The translations under genes were made by a program, and so were the position numbers. Shown in pieces: positions 50,701 to 64,000 of a stretch of 64,000 bases of DNA. Numbering within the stretch: position 1 is the first letter of the stretch; each line of letters opens with the position of its first letter. This DNA is from Octopus sinensis (taxonomy: Eukaryota): NCBI RefSeq assembly GCF_006345805.1, contig NC_043001.1:30628001-30692000 (forward strand). The letters run 5' to 3'. The notes beneath the pieces are model-generated. The model made no database searches. It was not told the DNA's origin and saw only the letters and a program-made list of their open reading frames with translations.

Positions 50701-51105
50701 GGATCTTTTCGGTTTGAACGGTAGTTTTCTTTAAATAATTTCCACGTAACTGAACACTTTTAAACTTCGTATACTGGTAGAATGTGTTTATAAAACATCT
50801 TTTTCTCTTGGATTTATTGAGAAAATTCTATAATTTGTAAGATATTTGTTGTTGTTTTTTCTTCAATTTCTGCAATTTCAACCAATCAATGATGTCTATC
50901 GAGGTGAAAATATTCTGTGTCGTATGAATATGTCCCTCGTTTAAGAAACAGATTGGGTTTATTTACATTTCTGAAGAAAAAAGATACCCTCCCCTAACCC
51001 TAAAACAGATTGAAATGCAATAGATCGATACTAGGGTCATAATTATGGGTGACAATTTCATATGACACCGCAAGAAAAAAACTGCCGTTCAAACCGAAAA
51101 GATCC
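50701..51105. mobile_element. hAT-like MITE (same family)
   Basis: Both TIRs present; TSD degraded. Confidence 0.85.
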
Positions 51106-51559
51106 AAAACAGCAAACGATTTCGTGATTCATTCAGTTTTGGGTCTGCCATCAAAAGGTGACACAAACACAGGCATATCTGAATGGTTAGGAGTTTTGCT
51201 TTTGCAATATATACCTATAGCCCAGTAAACCCTCATATTCATATAGCAGACCGGAAAAAATATAGGAAATAAGCACAGCAAAAATTATTGTTCCAGGTTT
51301 GTCTTGCAATTATGTACAGTAAGATTAGGGATCGATTCAAAGTCCTGATTTCGTTGACGAAAACGATGCGGAAACCCATCGCATGTGTGTGTGTGTGTAT
51401 ACACACCGCATTACCAGGCAGTGGCTTTCATGGCTTCTAATCTTAATTGATTGGAAGTGTTATCATGTACATTGTTTTGTCTTGGTATAAAAGACGGGCT
51501 ACAGCAAATATTCTGCTCAATACCACAGATTTGCTTGTCAGTTGCTTGGCCATAACCAG

Positions 51560-52135
51560 TTATAATCCTTGCCTTCAGTTATCTTTGGTGTTACAAGGAG
51601 TTTTGTTGGTCTCTCGTTCAACTGCGCCTCACATATAACAATCAAGGGGGTTACAGTCAGGGAAGTTAGGTGGCCAGATGTTAGGGGTGATGTGGTCGCT
51701 GAAATTGTCTGACAGCTATGACTGGGTTCTCCTGCTTGTGTGGCATGGTGCAGAGTCCTGATGCCAAACATAAGGCCTTCCAGCAACCACCTTCTTCACC
51801 CAGGGCAGCACTACCTTCTCCAGGCACTTGCTGTAGGCTTTCGTGTTCAGTCTGAGGCCGTGCAGGAAGATGAATGGACGAATAACGTCGTCATCACTAG
51901 CGATAATTCAAAACACCATGATGTTGACTAGATGTTTGATTTTTATCAATCTCAATACATGTCCTTAGATTGCACTGCTCTCAGATTGACACCCAAACAC
52001 TCTGAAATGTTCGTATTGGAGCTTCCGGTGCGAATGCCAAGCAGTACAGCATGTTTCCAAATTTCTGGCAGAGTGAATTAGGTAATGGTGGTGTTTTTCT
52101 CAAAGACGGTGCCCACCTGACCCTACTATACTGTA
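51560..52135 (-). pseudogene. Decayed maT/DD37D-like Tc1-mariner transposase
   Basis: Minus-strand frame with stops: VLPWVKKVVAGRPYVWHQDSAPCHTS...IWPPNFPDCNPLD. Confidence 0.75.
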
Positions 52136-52242
52136 TATCGACAAAATCGAAAACAATGCATATGCGCAAAATTAAAAATATAAAATAACAACAATTTACC
52201 CATCGCCTCCTATATATATATATATATATATATACACGCCAT

Positions 52243-52451
52243 GATAGATCGTTAGCTCCTACACGCATTTTTTTCTCTCCTTGTTTTTTTTTCTGTGTAT
52301 CAATCTGTGTTTTTTTCTGTGTATCAAGAGCGTAGACTCGAAACGTAAGACTTTTTCTATTCCTGAGCGCTATACTAATACATTTGTTTGTTTGTACTCC
52401 ACCTGCCTTTGTCTTTTGTTTATTTTCGTAAACTTTCCCTTTATATATATA

Positions 52452-52501
<50 letters not shown>

Positions 52502-52739
52502 TATATATATAACGGGAAGCTTTATGAAAATAAACAAAAGACGAAGGCAGGTGGAAGAGAGTTCGCGAAAAAAGAAACAAGAGACGAAGACATGGTGTAC
52601 AAAACAAACAGATGTATTAGTATAACGCTCAGGAATTGAAAAAAGTCTTTTACGTTTCGAGCCTGTGCTCTTCTACAGAAAGGGACACAGAAAAAAAACA
52701 AGGAGAGAAAAAAATGTGTGTAGTGGCTACCGATCTATC
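52243..52739. mobile_element. Foldback element with ~200-bp arms around a central (TA)n
   Basis: gatagatcgttagctcctacac...gtgtagtggctaccgatctatc; internal arms also complementary; TA-repeat flanks. Confidence 0.8.
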
Positions 52740-52877
52740 CTATATATACGGTGAGGACTAAAAAATGTGTAGAATGAAATACATATAACAGATATAAACA
52801 TAAGATAAAGAATGAATATAAAATAAAACCAGTCCTTGTTTTCTTTTTCCTTCTTGTTACATGTACATATACACATA

Positions 52878-53285
52878 TAGGCGCAGGAGTGGCTGTGTGG
52901 TAAGTAGCTTGCTAACCAACCACATGGTTCCGGGTTCAGTCCCACTGCGTGGCATCTTGGGCAAGTGTCTTCTGCTATAGCCCCGGGCCGACCAATGCCT
53001 TGTGAGTGGATTTGGTAGACGGAAACTGAAAGAAGCCTGTCGTATATATGTATATATATATAAGTGTGTGTGTGTATATGTTTGTGTGTCTGTGTTTGCC
53101 CCCAAGCATTGCTTGACAACCGATGCTGGTGTGTTTACGTCCCCGTCACTTAGTGGTTCGGCAAAAGAGACCGATAAAATAAGTACTGGGCTTACAAAGA
53201 ATAAGTCCCGGTGTCGATTTGCTCGACTAAAGGCGGTGCTCCAGCATGGCTGCAGTCAAATGACTGAAACAAGTAAAAGAGTAAA
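52878..53285 (+). mobile_element. tRNA-derived SINE family A (representative copy)
   Basis: Head with A/B-box-like GGCTGTGTGGTAAG and GGTTCAGTCCC, internal (TA)/(TG)n. Other copies about 11780-12215, 16308-16680, 19190-19572(-), 19715-20160(-), 23745-24160(-), 28405-28780, 30260-30605, 31110-31385(-), 40415-40810(-), 49500-49700. Confidence 0.9.
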
Positions 53286-53739
53286 GAGTATATGTACACA
53301 CACATATATATGTAGTTACACACGCACACACGTAAACGAATATGTGTTTATATGCGTATATACGTTCATATACATACGCACACATGCGCGTGTGACATAA
53401 GACAGCAGTAATAGAAGATACATGTGTCTGTAAAGATACGATTTGGCGTGTTTTAGGCATGAGGTGGGGAAGAGTTTTACAGAGTAGAGCAGTGGTTCCC
53501 AAACTTTTTAGAGTCGCGACCCACTATTTATCACACCAGTTTATGACGACCCACTTAACTCTACTGAACCATCTCGATAGACAGCAGTTAATCAAAGCTA
53601 ATGCGTAATTTTATAACTTTTTGCGACCCACTAAGGTTTCGTTCGCGACCCATCTGTGGGTCGCGACTCATAGTTTGGGAACCAGTGGAATAGAGTAATC
53701 ATGTATATACACACTCGTATATGTATTTAAAAGCACACA

Positions 53740-53795
<56 letters not shown>

Positions 53796-54010
53796 CAGAC
53801 AGTCATAAGTACATAAACACGCATTTGCACACATATTCGCATGAATATATACACATGCATTGCCACATAAAGCATGTGTATACACATGTTAGCAAATTCA
53901 TACGCACATGGGCATGCAAGCGTATGTACGTGAATGTGCACATATATACTCGTACGCATTCACACATACTCGTACGCATTCACGCATATATACTCGTACG
54001 CATTCACGCA

Positions 54011-56440
54011 TTTCAATCATCCTGAGATCGATTGGGAAACCTTCCATTGGCCACAGAGTGCAAACGATTTTGTTGAGCTTGTGCTGGACTCAAGCTGGTC
54101 ACAAGTAGTCACCTCTCCAACAAGAGGCGACAACACCTTGGACCTGCTCTTCACCACAACTTCTGAAGCGGTTATCAATTGCACTACGGAGGAACCTCTA
54201 GGTGACTCTGATCATGCTATGATCATCGCCAATCTGGCTCTTGCGGGCAACAAAAACCTGAACCATCTCCAATATGCTTCCTTCGATTGGAAGAGAGCAG
54301 ATTGGAACCTGTACCACACTGAACTACATCACCCAAACTGGCGTGAATTCTACAACTCTGGAGATGTGAATACTATACTCCAGAGTATCCTGGACTCAAT
54401 ATGGGCAGCATATGCAGCATCAGTGCCACGTAAACAAAAAAAGAAGAACCGCCCCAAAAGGGCAATTTGGGAAACTTCAGCGGTCCGACTTGCCAGGAAG
54501 GAACGTCGGACTGCTGAACGGGAATACAAGTTGCATAAATCAGACACCAACAGGAAGAAGCGGAATAAATCCTCCAACCATCTCAAGCAAGTGACAAAAA
54601 AAGCAGTGCTTGAATTTGAACAGTGCATAGCAGCCAATCCTGACAGCAAGGTTTTCTGGAAATATGTGCATTCAAAGCAGAGACCTCACTCTCCAGTGGG
54701 CCCTCTTCGCAACCCTCACACAAACCAGATCACTGACGACCCCAAGGAATGCGCAGAACTCATTGCCGAGTGCTATGCAAACATATTCACTGTTGAAAGT
54801 CAAAATGTACCATCTTCACCATCACTAACAGCAAACTCCATAACAACTATGGAATTTACACCTGCAATGCTGCGACGTCACCTTCAAAATAAGCGCAACT
54901 ATGCCTCCCTTGGTCTCGATGGAGTTACATACCTGCTTCTCAAACGTGGCAGGCACTTCCTTTTACACCAGCTCTCTATTTTCTTCCAGTACTGTCTCAA
55001 CAATGGTGCTACTCCGGAGCAGTGGAAAACTGCCAGTGTCATTCCTCTGTTCAAAAAGGGCGACCGCACATCACCTGTCAACTATCGCCCAGTCAGTCTC
55101 ACTAGCTGTATTGCAAAACTGATGGAATCGTGTGTCAGAGAAACACTCTGGAACTTCTGGAGCTCTCACAGTCTCATCCGACCCTCACAATATGGATTTG
55201 TCCCTAACTCCAGCTGCAGTGATCAGCTTGTCGAGTTCCTTGAGGACATTACTCAGATCACTGACAGTGGCTCATGGGTGGATGTTGTCTACCTTGACTT
55301 TGCTAAGGCTTTCAACTCTGTGCCACACAAAAGGCTTATGGTGAAACTCTCTGCAATGGGTGTGGGGGATGACCTTTTTAACTGGTTGAAATCCTTCATC
55401 CTCAGCCGAAAGGAGGTAGTCACAGTTCTAGGACAGCACTCTACACCATATGAGATGTCATCGGGTGTACCACAGGGATCTGTCCTTGGTCCCCTCTTGT
55501 TTGTGGCATACATTAATGACATAGATGCTAATTTAAAGAATGCCAAAGTATTGAAATATGCAGACGACATCAAGCTGTACCTTGAAATCAAGAGGACAGA
55601 TCCTGATGTCTACAACTCTTTCCTGCAATCAGACCTAGACACAATGCAGCAATGGATCACAGACTGGCAACTGAAACTGGCTGTGGACAAGTGTACCACC
55701 ATGCATTTTGGGAGAAAAAACCCTGCGTCCACATACTCCCTCCACAACACTGATATCAAGAAATCCTCTTGCGAGCGTGACCTAGGCATCACTGTCAGCA
55801 GTGATTTGCGTTGGACAAAGCATATCTCTAAAATTGTCAAGAAGACCGAGGGTGTCTTGGCATCACTCAGCAAGTCTTTTGTTAGCCGCTCTCCAGCCAT
55901 CTATTTAAAACTGTATACAGCTATGGTACGACCACACTTGGAATTCGCATCATCAGTTTGGAACCCCTATCTTGCTCAGGACATTGACCTCCTGGAATCT
56001 GTCCAGAGACGTGCAACCAAACGCATACCCTCCATCAGACACCTACCATATTCTGAGCGCCTTGTTTCCCTGGGCATGGATTCACTGAAGCTCCGGCGTC
56101 TGGCGACGGACTTGGTAAACACCCACAAAGTTATCAACCACCTCACCAACAACAACACTGAACACCTTTTTGATCTCCATGTGTCTAACACACGTGGACA
56201 TGCCTACAAAGTCAGAAGACAACACAGCTCCCATGACTTTCGGAAACATTTTTTCACACTCAGAGTTGCTGAAGCATGGAATAAACTGCCTGCGTCAGTT
56301 GTTGACTGCCATGACACTGCATCCTTTAAGGCCCTCATGCTTTCCGAAATCCGCCGAAACTACACCTGATTATATATACACTTTAGATGAGTTGTAGTGC
56401 ACCTGAGCACTGTACACAATTATTATTATTATTATTATTA
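54011..56440 (+). mobile_element. 5'-truncated CR1-clade LINE with uninterrupted ORF2 (partial AP endonuclease + reverse transcriptase), CDS to 56369
   Basis: Starts at FNHPEIDW (truncated GDFN endonuclease motif); PTRGDNTLDL, DSDH, YRPVSL, LDFAKAF, GVPQGSVLGPLLF, YADD; CR1-type C-terminus TRGH...RKHFFTLRV...WNKLP; short 3'UTR and (ATT)n tail near 56420-56440. The first ~26 aa of the track ORF are host repeat. Confidence 0.95.
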
Positions 56441-56619
56441 TACGTGTGGGTGTACATACACACACACAAACACGCATAAATACATGTAAGCATTGACAGA
56501 GTAACTGTAAACGCGTACCTATCTGTCTATCTGTATATCTATCTATCTGTCTGTCAGTCAGTCTATAAAAAAAGAAAAGAAAAAAGGAAAAAAAAAAGAA
56601 AAACGAAAGGAAAAAAGAG

Positions 56620-56906
56620 GGTACTACTTAAGAAAAGTGGTCCCGGTGCGCATCCGAGCTAGCTAGTCGTGACTAGTCGATCCTACAACGACTACCTAGC
56701 AAAGTAAATAAAACAAAATAAATAAAATTTTCACACAAAGTAAATAATTTTTTTAAAACAAAGTAAATAAAACACAAAAACACAAAGTAAATAGTTATTT
56801 TTAAACAAAGTAAATAAAACAAAAACACAAAGTAAGGATCGACTAGTCACGACTAGCTAGCGCGGATGTGCGAGTGCGCGCACCGAGACCACTCTTAAGT
56901 AGTACC
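56620..56906. mobile_element. MITE with ~50-bp imperfect TIRs and 8-bp TSD
   Basis: GGTACTACTTAAG...CTTAAGTAGTACC; TSD AAAAAGAG at 56612-56619 and 56907-56914; A-rich internal repeats. Confidence 0.85.
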
Positions 56907-57201
56907 AAAAAGAGAGCCATTTACTGTAATGTGTTTTCTTTTTGGAAGACACTATTGCCCAAGGTTCTCGTAGTTTTTTCCGTAGGCTTTTCTATCCACG
57001 GACAAACCTAATCTGTTTTCCATTTTTACATTGGCATTTCTGTGATACACGATCCCTATTTATCGGCCCCACTTTTTATTTTCACGATCCCTTTTATCGG
57101 AATTCGCCCCCCCCCCACTTTTTTTCCTTCTTCCCCCGAAGAAAAGTTCTACTTTGTATTTTGTCCCTTTTGTGTTCAGCCCTTCGTGGCCAATAAAGAA
57201 A

Positions 57202-57301
<100 letters not shown>

Positions 57302-58315
57302 ATATACATGTGCGCGTGTTTGTATAGCAGTTCGCTATTGAATGGCATATAGGATTCTAACTTCTTAACTGGACTGGTTGTGCTGAAAATAACACTACCA
57401 AATTATTAAGAGCCTCAGCAAATACCTCCGTAGAAAGACGTAGGTCTTATAGCAGTTGTAAGAATAGCTACATAGCTCTTGGAATCAACGAAACTTTTTT
57501 TAACTGCAGAACATTCTGAAAGTGTTTGGAAATGCATTGAAAAAAAAGCTCCGTGAAACTATTAGAAAATTAAACCAAGGGCCACGATTGTCAATGAAGA
57601 GAAGAAATCCACAGGGAAAAGATGGGGTGTCACCGATTTCATGTTCTTGTTGGTAGAGCGGTACCAGAACTGAAATTAAATCAAACTAGTATACCTATTT
57701 CTTTACTACCCACAAGGGGCTAAACGCAGTGGGGACAAACGGATTAAGTCGATTACATCGACCCCAGTGCGTAACTGGTACTTAATTTATCGATCCCGAA
57801 AGGATGAAAGGCTAAGTCGACCTCGGCGGAATTTGAACTCAGAACGTAACGGCAGACGAAATACGGCTACGCATTTCGCCCGGCGTGCTAACGTTTCTGC
57901 CAGCTCGCCGCCTTATTAAATCAAACTAGTATACCTCAGTCTGGATAATAATGTTTTTGATATGGAATCATGATTTTATTATAATGAACAAAGCATACTT
58001 TTTTCTTTTGCACCCGTCTATATTTCCTTCAATCCTGAAGTGTCAGATGACTAAGAGGAATATTACCAGTTTGTTGTATCACATAATAGCATTGATTTGG
58101 ATCTGCTCAATGTTTAGTGTTACATATTTTTTTTAGCAGCATTTGACTCATTGTATTTTTCAGTTTTGTCCTCATTCATCTGCAGCTTCTGAAAAAGTGC
58201 ACTACAAGACATAGTGTACCACCAATAATAACCAAGATAGCTACTTTACTGAAAGCTGGCAGTACGCCATGAAAATCATTCCAAAAAAGCTTCACTATAA
58301 CGTCAGCCTCACTTA

Positions 58316-58825
58316 CCGTAAATCTTCAAGTATAATCCGCATTTTCCCCCCAAAATTTAAAGGTCAAAATCCTTAGTGCGTACTATATACCAGCTTAAAA
58401 ATGAAAAATATTTTCTAAGCAATGTCCGAGTCTATTTGCTGTCCGGCAATGTTTATTCAGATGCATTTTGTGATGTAGGGCGCGAAAATACCTTAAGCTA
58501 AGCCTGAAAGCAATGAAGTCATAAAAGAATCATTCGTAACTTGCAGTAAGCAACGTTTATTAAACGTTATTACTGTTATTTCTTTATTTTCTGCAAACAA
58601 AATGCACAAAAAAGCTACACGTTTGCATTATGTTATATATACAATAATAATAAAGGACGTTACCGTATACATTTTTACAAACCAAGGACGTTATATAGAC
58701 CGCCTTGACTCAAGTTAGAGAAGGAGTGTGTATTATACACAAGGTTTAGGTTTTTCAGAAGTACAGCCCCCTAAAAATCCCCTGCGTATTATACTCAAGG
58801 GTGGACTATACTCGAAGATTTACGG
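58316..58825. mobile_element. Tc1/pogo-like MITE
   Basis: TA|CCGTAAATCTTC...GAAGATTTACGG|TA. Confidence 0.85.
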
Positions 58826-59199
58826 TACTTGTGAAACTGATGAATGTTTATGGTCTGTAACAAACAGTGTACATAAATTTTTCTGTCATTCTACACCAAG
58901 TGAAAACAATGTTACTGTCTTTAACTGCGTCAGTTATGGGAACCTTCCAGTCAAACTGCCCGCTTGTGATTTCCATCTATTTCTCATTTTGGAAGTTTCT
59001 TGTCAATTGCAGTGTGCACTGGTGGATCCTTCTTTGGAGTATTCCAGTATTTAGTTACCTTCCATATTTTACCTTCTGTACATGACTAACCTACGTTTTG
59101 TCATTTCTAACAACAGCGACGCACAAACATACACACCTACGCGTACGCACACACTTATTCAAAAGATGTCATCCTTCAGTTTTCGACCTTCCGAAAAAT

Positions 59200-59700
59200 A
59201 GGTACCATCCACGTAATATCTAGACTCTTCGCGCCAGACTTGCTCTGCTTTCACGAACCGAAGCCTTGAAGACATTCTTACTTTGCCAAGACTATATTAC
59301 AAAGACTGAGTTTCCTCTTCAGGGTTACAAAATACATTTGCCCTGATCTGTTAAGGACCCTCTACAAAGGTCAAGTACGACTTAAATTAGAATACTGCTC
59401 CAATATAATGGACAATGCTGCTACTATACAAACACAGAAAGTCTACACCGGCAATAAGTTCATTCTGCTTAGCAAACCTTCATTCACCAACAAGTTGCAA
59501 CTATTTACTTAGGGAAGAGCTGTCTTTTCTACTACTCGTACGAATTCACAAATTGAATTCCACTTCACACTCAGTCCCAAGGGGTGCCACCATCTTTCCT
59601 CCATTCTCATTAATTCTGTGTTCCATGCACGCATACCGCACTAAAAAACTCGGTTTCATGATTCCTCTCAGAACTGCAATCCCACTGGAATTACATCCCC
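59200..59700 (+). mobile_element. Decayed CR1/L2-like LINE 3' fragment
   Basis: Frame-broken LYKGQVRLKLEYCSNIMDNAA resembles the LY...VRP.LEY.S.VW motif of CR1-like ORF2. Confidence 0.5.
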
Positions 59701-62700
59701 GTCCATATTTTTTCCACCTATTCCAATCTTTGGGCTGTGATTATGCTGAGGGCTTGCTCTTAATGTTACTTTCATATCATCTCCATAGTCAACTTTCTGT
59801 GATTGGTTTCTGGTGACTGAAGGAATTGTAAACTGCTATCCTCATTTGTATTTCTTGCCCTTCATTTATTTTTCTTCAGACGCTGACCAGCAGAAGTTCA
59901 AACATAATCATCACATCGATCTCATTTGTCTGGGAGAACTTACTAAGTCTTACTGCTCTCCTCTCCAAAAGTTTGATCAAATAAATAATAAGAAAAAAGA
60001 CAATCGTATCCTTAAATATTGATGTCTTATATAGACGTAACGACTCTCATTGAGCAGGGCAAGAGAGAACAGTCGATTATATCGACTCAAAACTTCACCG
60101 ACATTTTATTTTATCGGTATTGGAAGGATGAACGACAAAGTTGATCCGTCGGGATTTGATCTCACGATCCTAAAAATTAATAAGCAATAAATAGTAAATA
60201 GAGAGGCGCAATGGCCCAGTGGTTAGGGCAGCGTACTCGCGGTTTCGATTCCCAGACCGGGCGTTGTGTGTGTTTATTGAGCAAAAACACCTAAAGCTCC
60301 ACGATGCTCCGGCAAAGGGTGGTGGTGACCCCTGTTGTACTCTTTCGCCCCAACTTTCTCTCACTCTTTCTTCCTATTTCTTGAGTAACGTTGCGATGGA
60401 CTGGCGTCCAGTCCAGCTGGAGGGAACACATACACCATAGAAACCGGGAAACTGGGCCCATGAGCTTGGCTAGGCTTGAAAAGGGTGCATAAATAAATAA
60501 AAAAAAGGGGGAAAAAAGTTCACATTCGTACGTTTAATAAATATTTGCTCATCTTTACAGTGTAAAAAGACTCTTTTAGGTAAAACACAAGGTTATCTGA
60601 CTGTCTCTCTGCAGGACGAACCAGACTACAGGTCACTTGTGAGGTCTCTCATGAGTGCTATTGGCAACATGGAATCCAGTACAACCTGTTGCATAGTCAG
60701 GTCGTCGGTGACTAAACTGGCACATCGACTAGGCTTACCTGGTGAGAAAGGTTGCTAGAAACCTGGCACGACTATAAACAAGACCTGTCAAAAGGACTGC
60801 TGGATCTAATATAGGTTCAACGACCATCTGGCAACAGCAGGGACTCTGAGAAATTCCGAGTTGGTGTCCAGTGTGCTGAAGGCCACTGGGAGTGAGGCAC
60901 CCCTTAGCTTTAAACTCAGGTACATCTGTTCCGATAATCGGCGAGGTTTTTGTCAGCGAATTCTCTGCAACGATCGACAGCGAGATGAACTGCTATGGAT
61001 CACACTATTTCAGAGAGTGTATGCATGTGACCGGGGATCATACGTGAACTTGTATTCCCACTGAAACCCCGAACAGGTCGGAAATACAAATAAGTAATTA
61101 CAGCTCCATGAGTTAAGACTGATTATACCTGTTTTATAAACCACGAAAACTCGTGTTAGCTCTATACGCCGCTGCCACCGCCACCAGAGAGGGGAGGAGA
61201 GAGAGAGAGAGAGAGAATAACTTAAAACAACTTATTAACAGGGCATCAAACAAAAGGTATTGGTTTTAAACATTTGTTCGTCAGTGCATTCTCTGTAAGA
61301 TGATATGAACGATAATAAAATATCGGGATAGCGCGAGTGTGTTCCTGCATCAGTTGTGAAAAAGATTCATGTCCATGCGTTTGATTAATTAATATATTAT
61401 TCAATGCTCTTGTGTGATTAAGAGCCAGTATTTAAACTAAAGGTTTCTTTCTGGAGGACGAACCCAAGTACAGCTCGACTAGTTTCGACTATCAAATGTA
61501 TTTCTTTATTACCCACAAGGGGCTAAACATAGAAGGGACAAACAAGGACAGACAAACGGATCAAGTCGGTTACATCGACCCCAGTGCGTAACTGGTACTT
61601 AATTTATCGACCCCGAAAGGATGAAAGGCAAAGTCGACCTCGGCGGAATTTGAACTCAGAACGTAACGGCAGACGAAATACGGCTATGCATTTCGCCTGG
61701 TGTGCTAACGTTTCTGCCAGATGCACGTGAAGCTATTCTCAATTTATTCACAAATTACTATTTTAGGTATTGTTATCTATCGTACTTATTTTTAAACGAG
61801 TAAAATCGGTGCCCGTTATTTATTGTAATTTTTTTTTATTAATTCAAAGCTATTTCTCCTCATTTTAGGACAATTACTATTTAGTAGTATACATTTAGTA
61901 ACATGAAAGTAGTCGAACTGGTTTCGGGCTCGTCCCGTGCACAGAGAGAGAGAGAGAGAGAGAGAGAAATTCCTGAAGTTTGGAAACCAGTCAAACACAC
62001 ATTCGCACGCTCTGTTCGTTTCGCACGCATATATGCAAGCAATCACAACTTTTACACGTACATTTAAAATCTAGTCTTATATTCAGTGTATAGATTCGAA
62101 TATGTTGCAGTATACGCAGCTATAATCTAGATAGATAAGTAGATTGTTATAATTTAATTCTAACAGTCAAGTCTTTGGGGGATTTATTATGAAAGGTATA
62201 AAAGTATTGCAGAGTTTGTTTATGGGTCATGTGTTAACACGTAATTCAATGACTCCTCGAAATGAGTTGCACGATGTTAATTACGAAAACTTGAGTGTTA
62301 TTTCGACACCTAAACAACATTTAATTGCCAGTACAAATGCTGTATTAAATTTACAACTTAGAAACCACTTCAGATCATTTCTCTTATTTACCAACTCGTG
62401 TTACACTTTCATAACATCTTTATTATAAATGAAAAGGAAAATCGTAATGACTGAGCGGATAAGGTCTCGGTGTCACCCCTGAAGAATTGTTCATATCCTG
62501 GCAACTGGTATTATGCTGTGTGTCCTTAACCCCCCACTTCCCATCCAATTGCTGTAGTTTTATATATATATAGCGTGGAGGCGCGTGGCTTAGTGGTTAG
62601 GGTGTCAGCATTATGATCGTAAGATTGTGGTTTCGATTCCTGGACCGGGCGACGCGTTGTGTTCTTGAGCAAAACACTCAGCTGGCAAAAATGAGTAACG

Positions 62701-62774
62701 CTGCGATGGACTGGCGTCCCATCCAACTGGGGAACACATACGCCATGGAAACCGGGCCAATGAGCCTGGCTAGG

Positions 62775-62822
<48 letters not shown>

Positions 62823-62893
62823 TATATGTAAGGGAGAATCAAAAATTATACGCACTCTTGTATTTACACAAAAGCAGGGGATAAACAAGTACG

Positions 62894-63130
62894 TCATTTC
62901 TCTATATAATCTCCTTCCTTTTCGATGCACTTGGTCCAGTGGTCCACAAGCTTGCATATTCCCTCCAAGAAGAAGGTTTCCTGTTGGTCTTGCAACCATT
63001 TATGCACCGCTTCCTTCACATTTTCATCCGTAGGAAATCGACGACCCCGTAAATCATCTTTGAGAGGTCCAAAGATATGATAGTCGGAAGGAGCGAGATC
63101 TGGGATGTAGGCAGGGTGTTCCACCCATAT
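62894..63130 (-). pseudogene. Mariner transposase C-terminal fragment
   Basis: HPAYIPDLAPSDYHIFGPLK...GICKLVDHWTKCIEKEGDYIEK. Confidence 0.9.
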
Positions 63131-64000
63131 ATTTATGCTGCGATTCTCTAAAGTACTTGAGATGCAAGATGGTTGAAAGTCAGTAAGTAATATTAGTTTC
63201 AAATGTTGGCACAAGGCCAGCAATTACGGGGTGAGGGTAAGTCGATTACATTGATCCCGGGGCTCAACTGGTACTTATTTTATCGACCCCCGAAAGTACG
63301 AAAGGCAATGTCGATTTCGGCAGAATTTGAACCCAGAACGTAAAGACGGACGAAATATCTCTAAGCATTTCGCCCGACGTGTTAGCGATTCTGCCAGCTC
63401 GCTGCCTTGATTCTGGAAGTACAATTGCTGAGAAGTTATTTCAACTTGATTGTATATTTAATTTTAATTTGAAGCAGTCTGAACCAGCAAGTATTTTCCT
63501 CTGGTATACAGGAATTGGTTTTCGTAAGAATTTCCTGTTATGGAGAGTAATACCTCTCCCAGAACCTTCGATTGGTATCTGATATTGATCAAACTGACGT
63601 TTCTAAATTACTGATCCTGTCATTCCATTCTTATTTCTGTATTGCCCACAAGGGGCTAAACATAGAGGGGACGAACAAGGACAGACAAACGGATTAAGTC
63701 GATTACATCAACTCTAGTGCATAACAGGTACTTTATTTATCGACCCCGAAAGGATGAAAGGCAAAGTCGACCTCGGCGGAATTTGAACTCAGAACGTTAC
63801 GGCAGACGCAATACCTATTTCTTTACTACCCACAAGGGACTAAACACAGAGAGGACAAACAAGGACAGACAAACGGATCAAGTCGATTATATCGACCCCA
63901 GTGCGTAACTGGTACTTATTTAATCGACCCCGAAAGGATGAAGGACAAAGTCGACCTCGGCGGAATTTGAACTCAGAACGTAGCGACAGACGAAATACTG

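Noticed and set aside
52878-52960. tRNA-like sequences at SINE heads
   Set aside because: They have A/B-box-like motifs but run into SINE bodies, occur in many diverged copies and show no clear acceptor stem; not called as tRNA genes.
59415-59816. 133-aa + strand ORF
   Set aside because: Lies largely in a decayed LINE remnant and is read in a non-native frame.
60600-61090. GC-richer segment with exon-like signals (DEPDYRSLVRSLMS...)
   Set aside because: No recognisable domain; more likely an old retroelement fragment, which I cannot confirm without a repeat search.

Overview
AT-rich (animal) genomic DNA saturated with tRNA-headed SINEs, (CAT)n-tailed SINE/LINE 3' ends, MITEs, non-autonomous Helitrons and microsatellites. 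The repeat landscape suggests an octopus (inference, not checked). Almost all ORFs in the supplied track are repeat-derived noise. The main real gene, largely missed by the track, is a 5-coding-exon + strand gene (21154-32109, 372 aa) with an N-terminal Death domain, a Ser-rich linker and a C-terminal SEFIR domain closely matching Act1/CIKS (TRAF3IP2), the IL-17 receptor adaptor. Weaker gene signals: a - strand first exon encoding a mitochondrial-presequence-like peptide (4020-4079), a convergent terminal exon just after the Act1-like gene (32263-32381), a + strand signal-peptide exon with a 21-nt microexon (41811-42228), and an unidentified 6-Cys open frame (43104-43409). Transposon coding remnants: an uninterrupted 5'-truncated CR1-type LINE ORF (54011-56369), a Helitron deletion derivative carrying Pif1 helicase sequence (43861-44706) and three decayed Tc1/mariner transposases. 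Two tandem arrays (about 400 bp x5; 166 bp x3) are present. Splice models were built by eye and are not transcript-validated.
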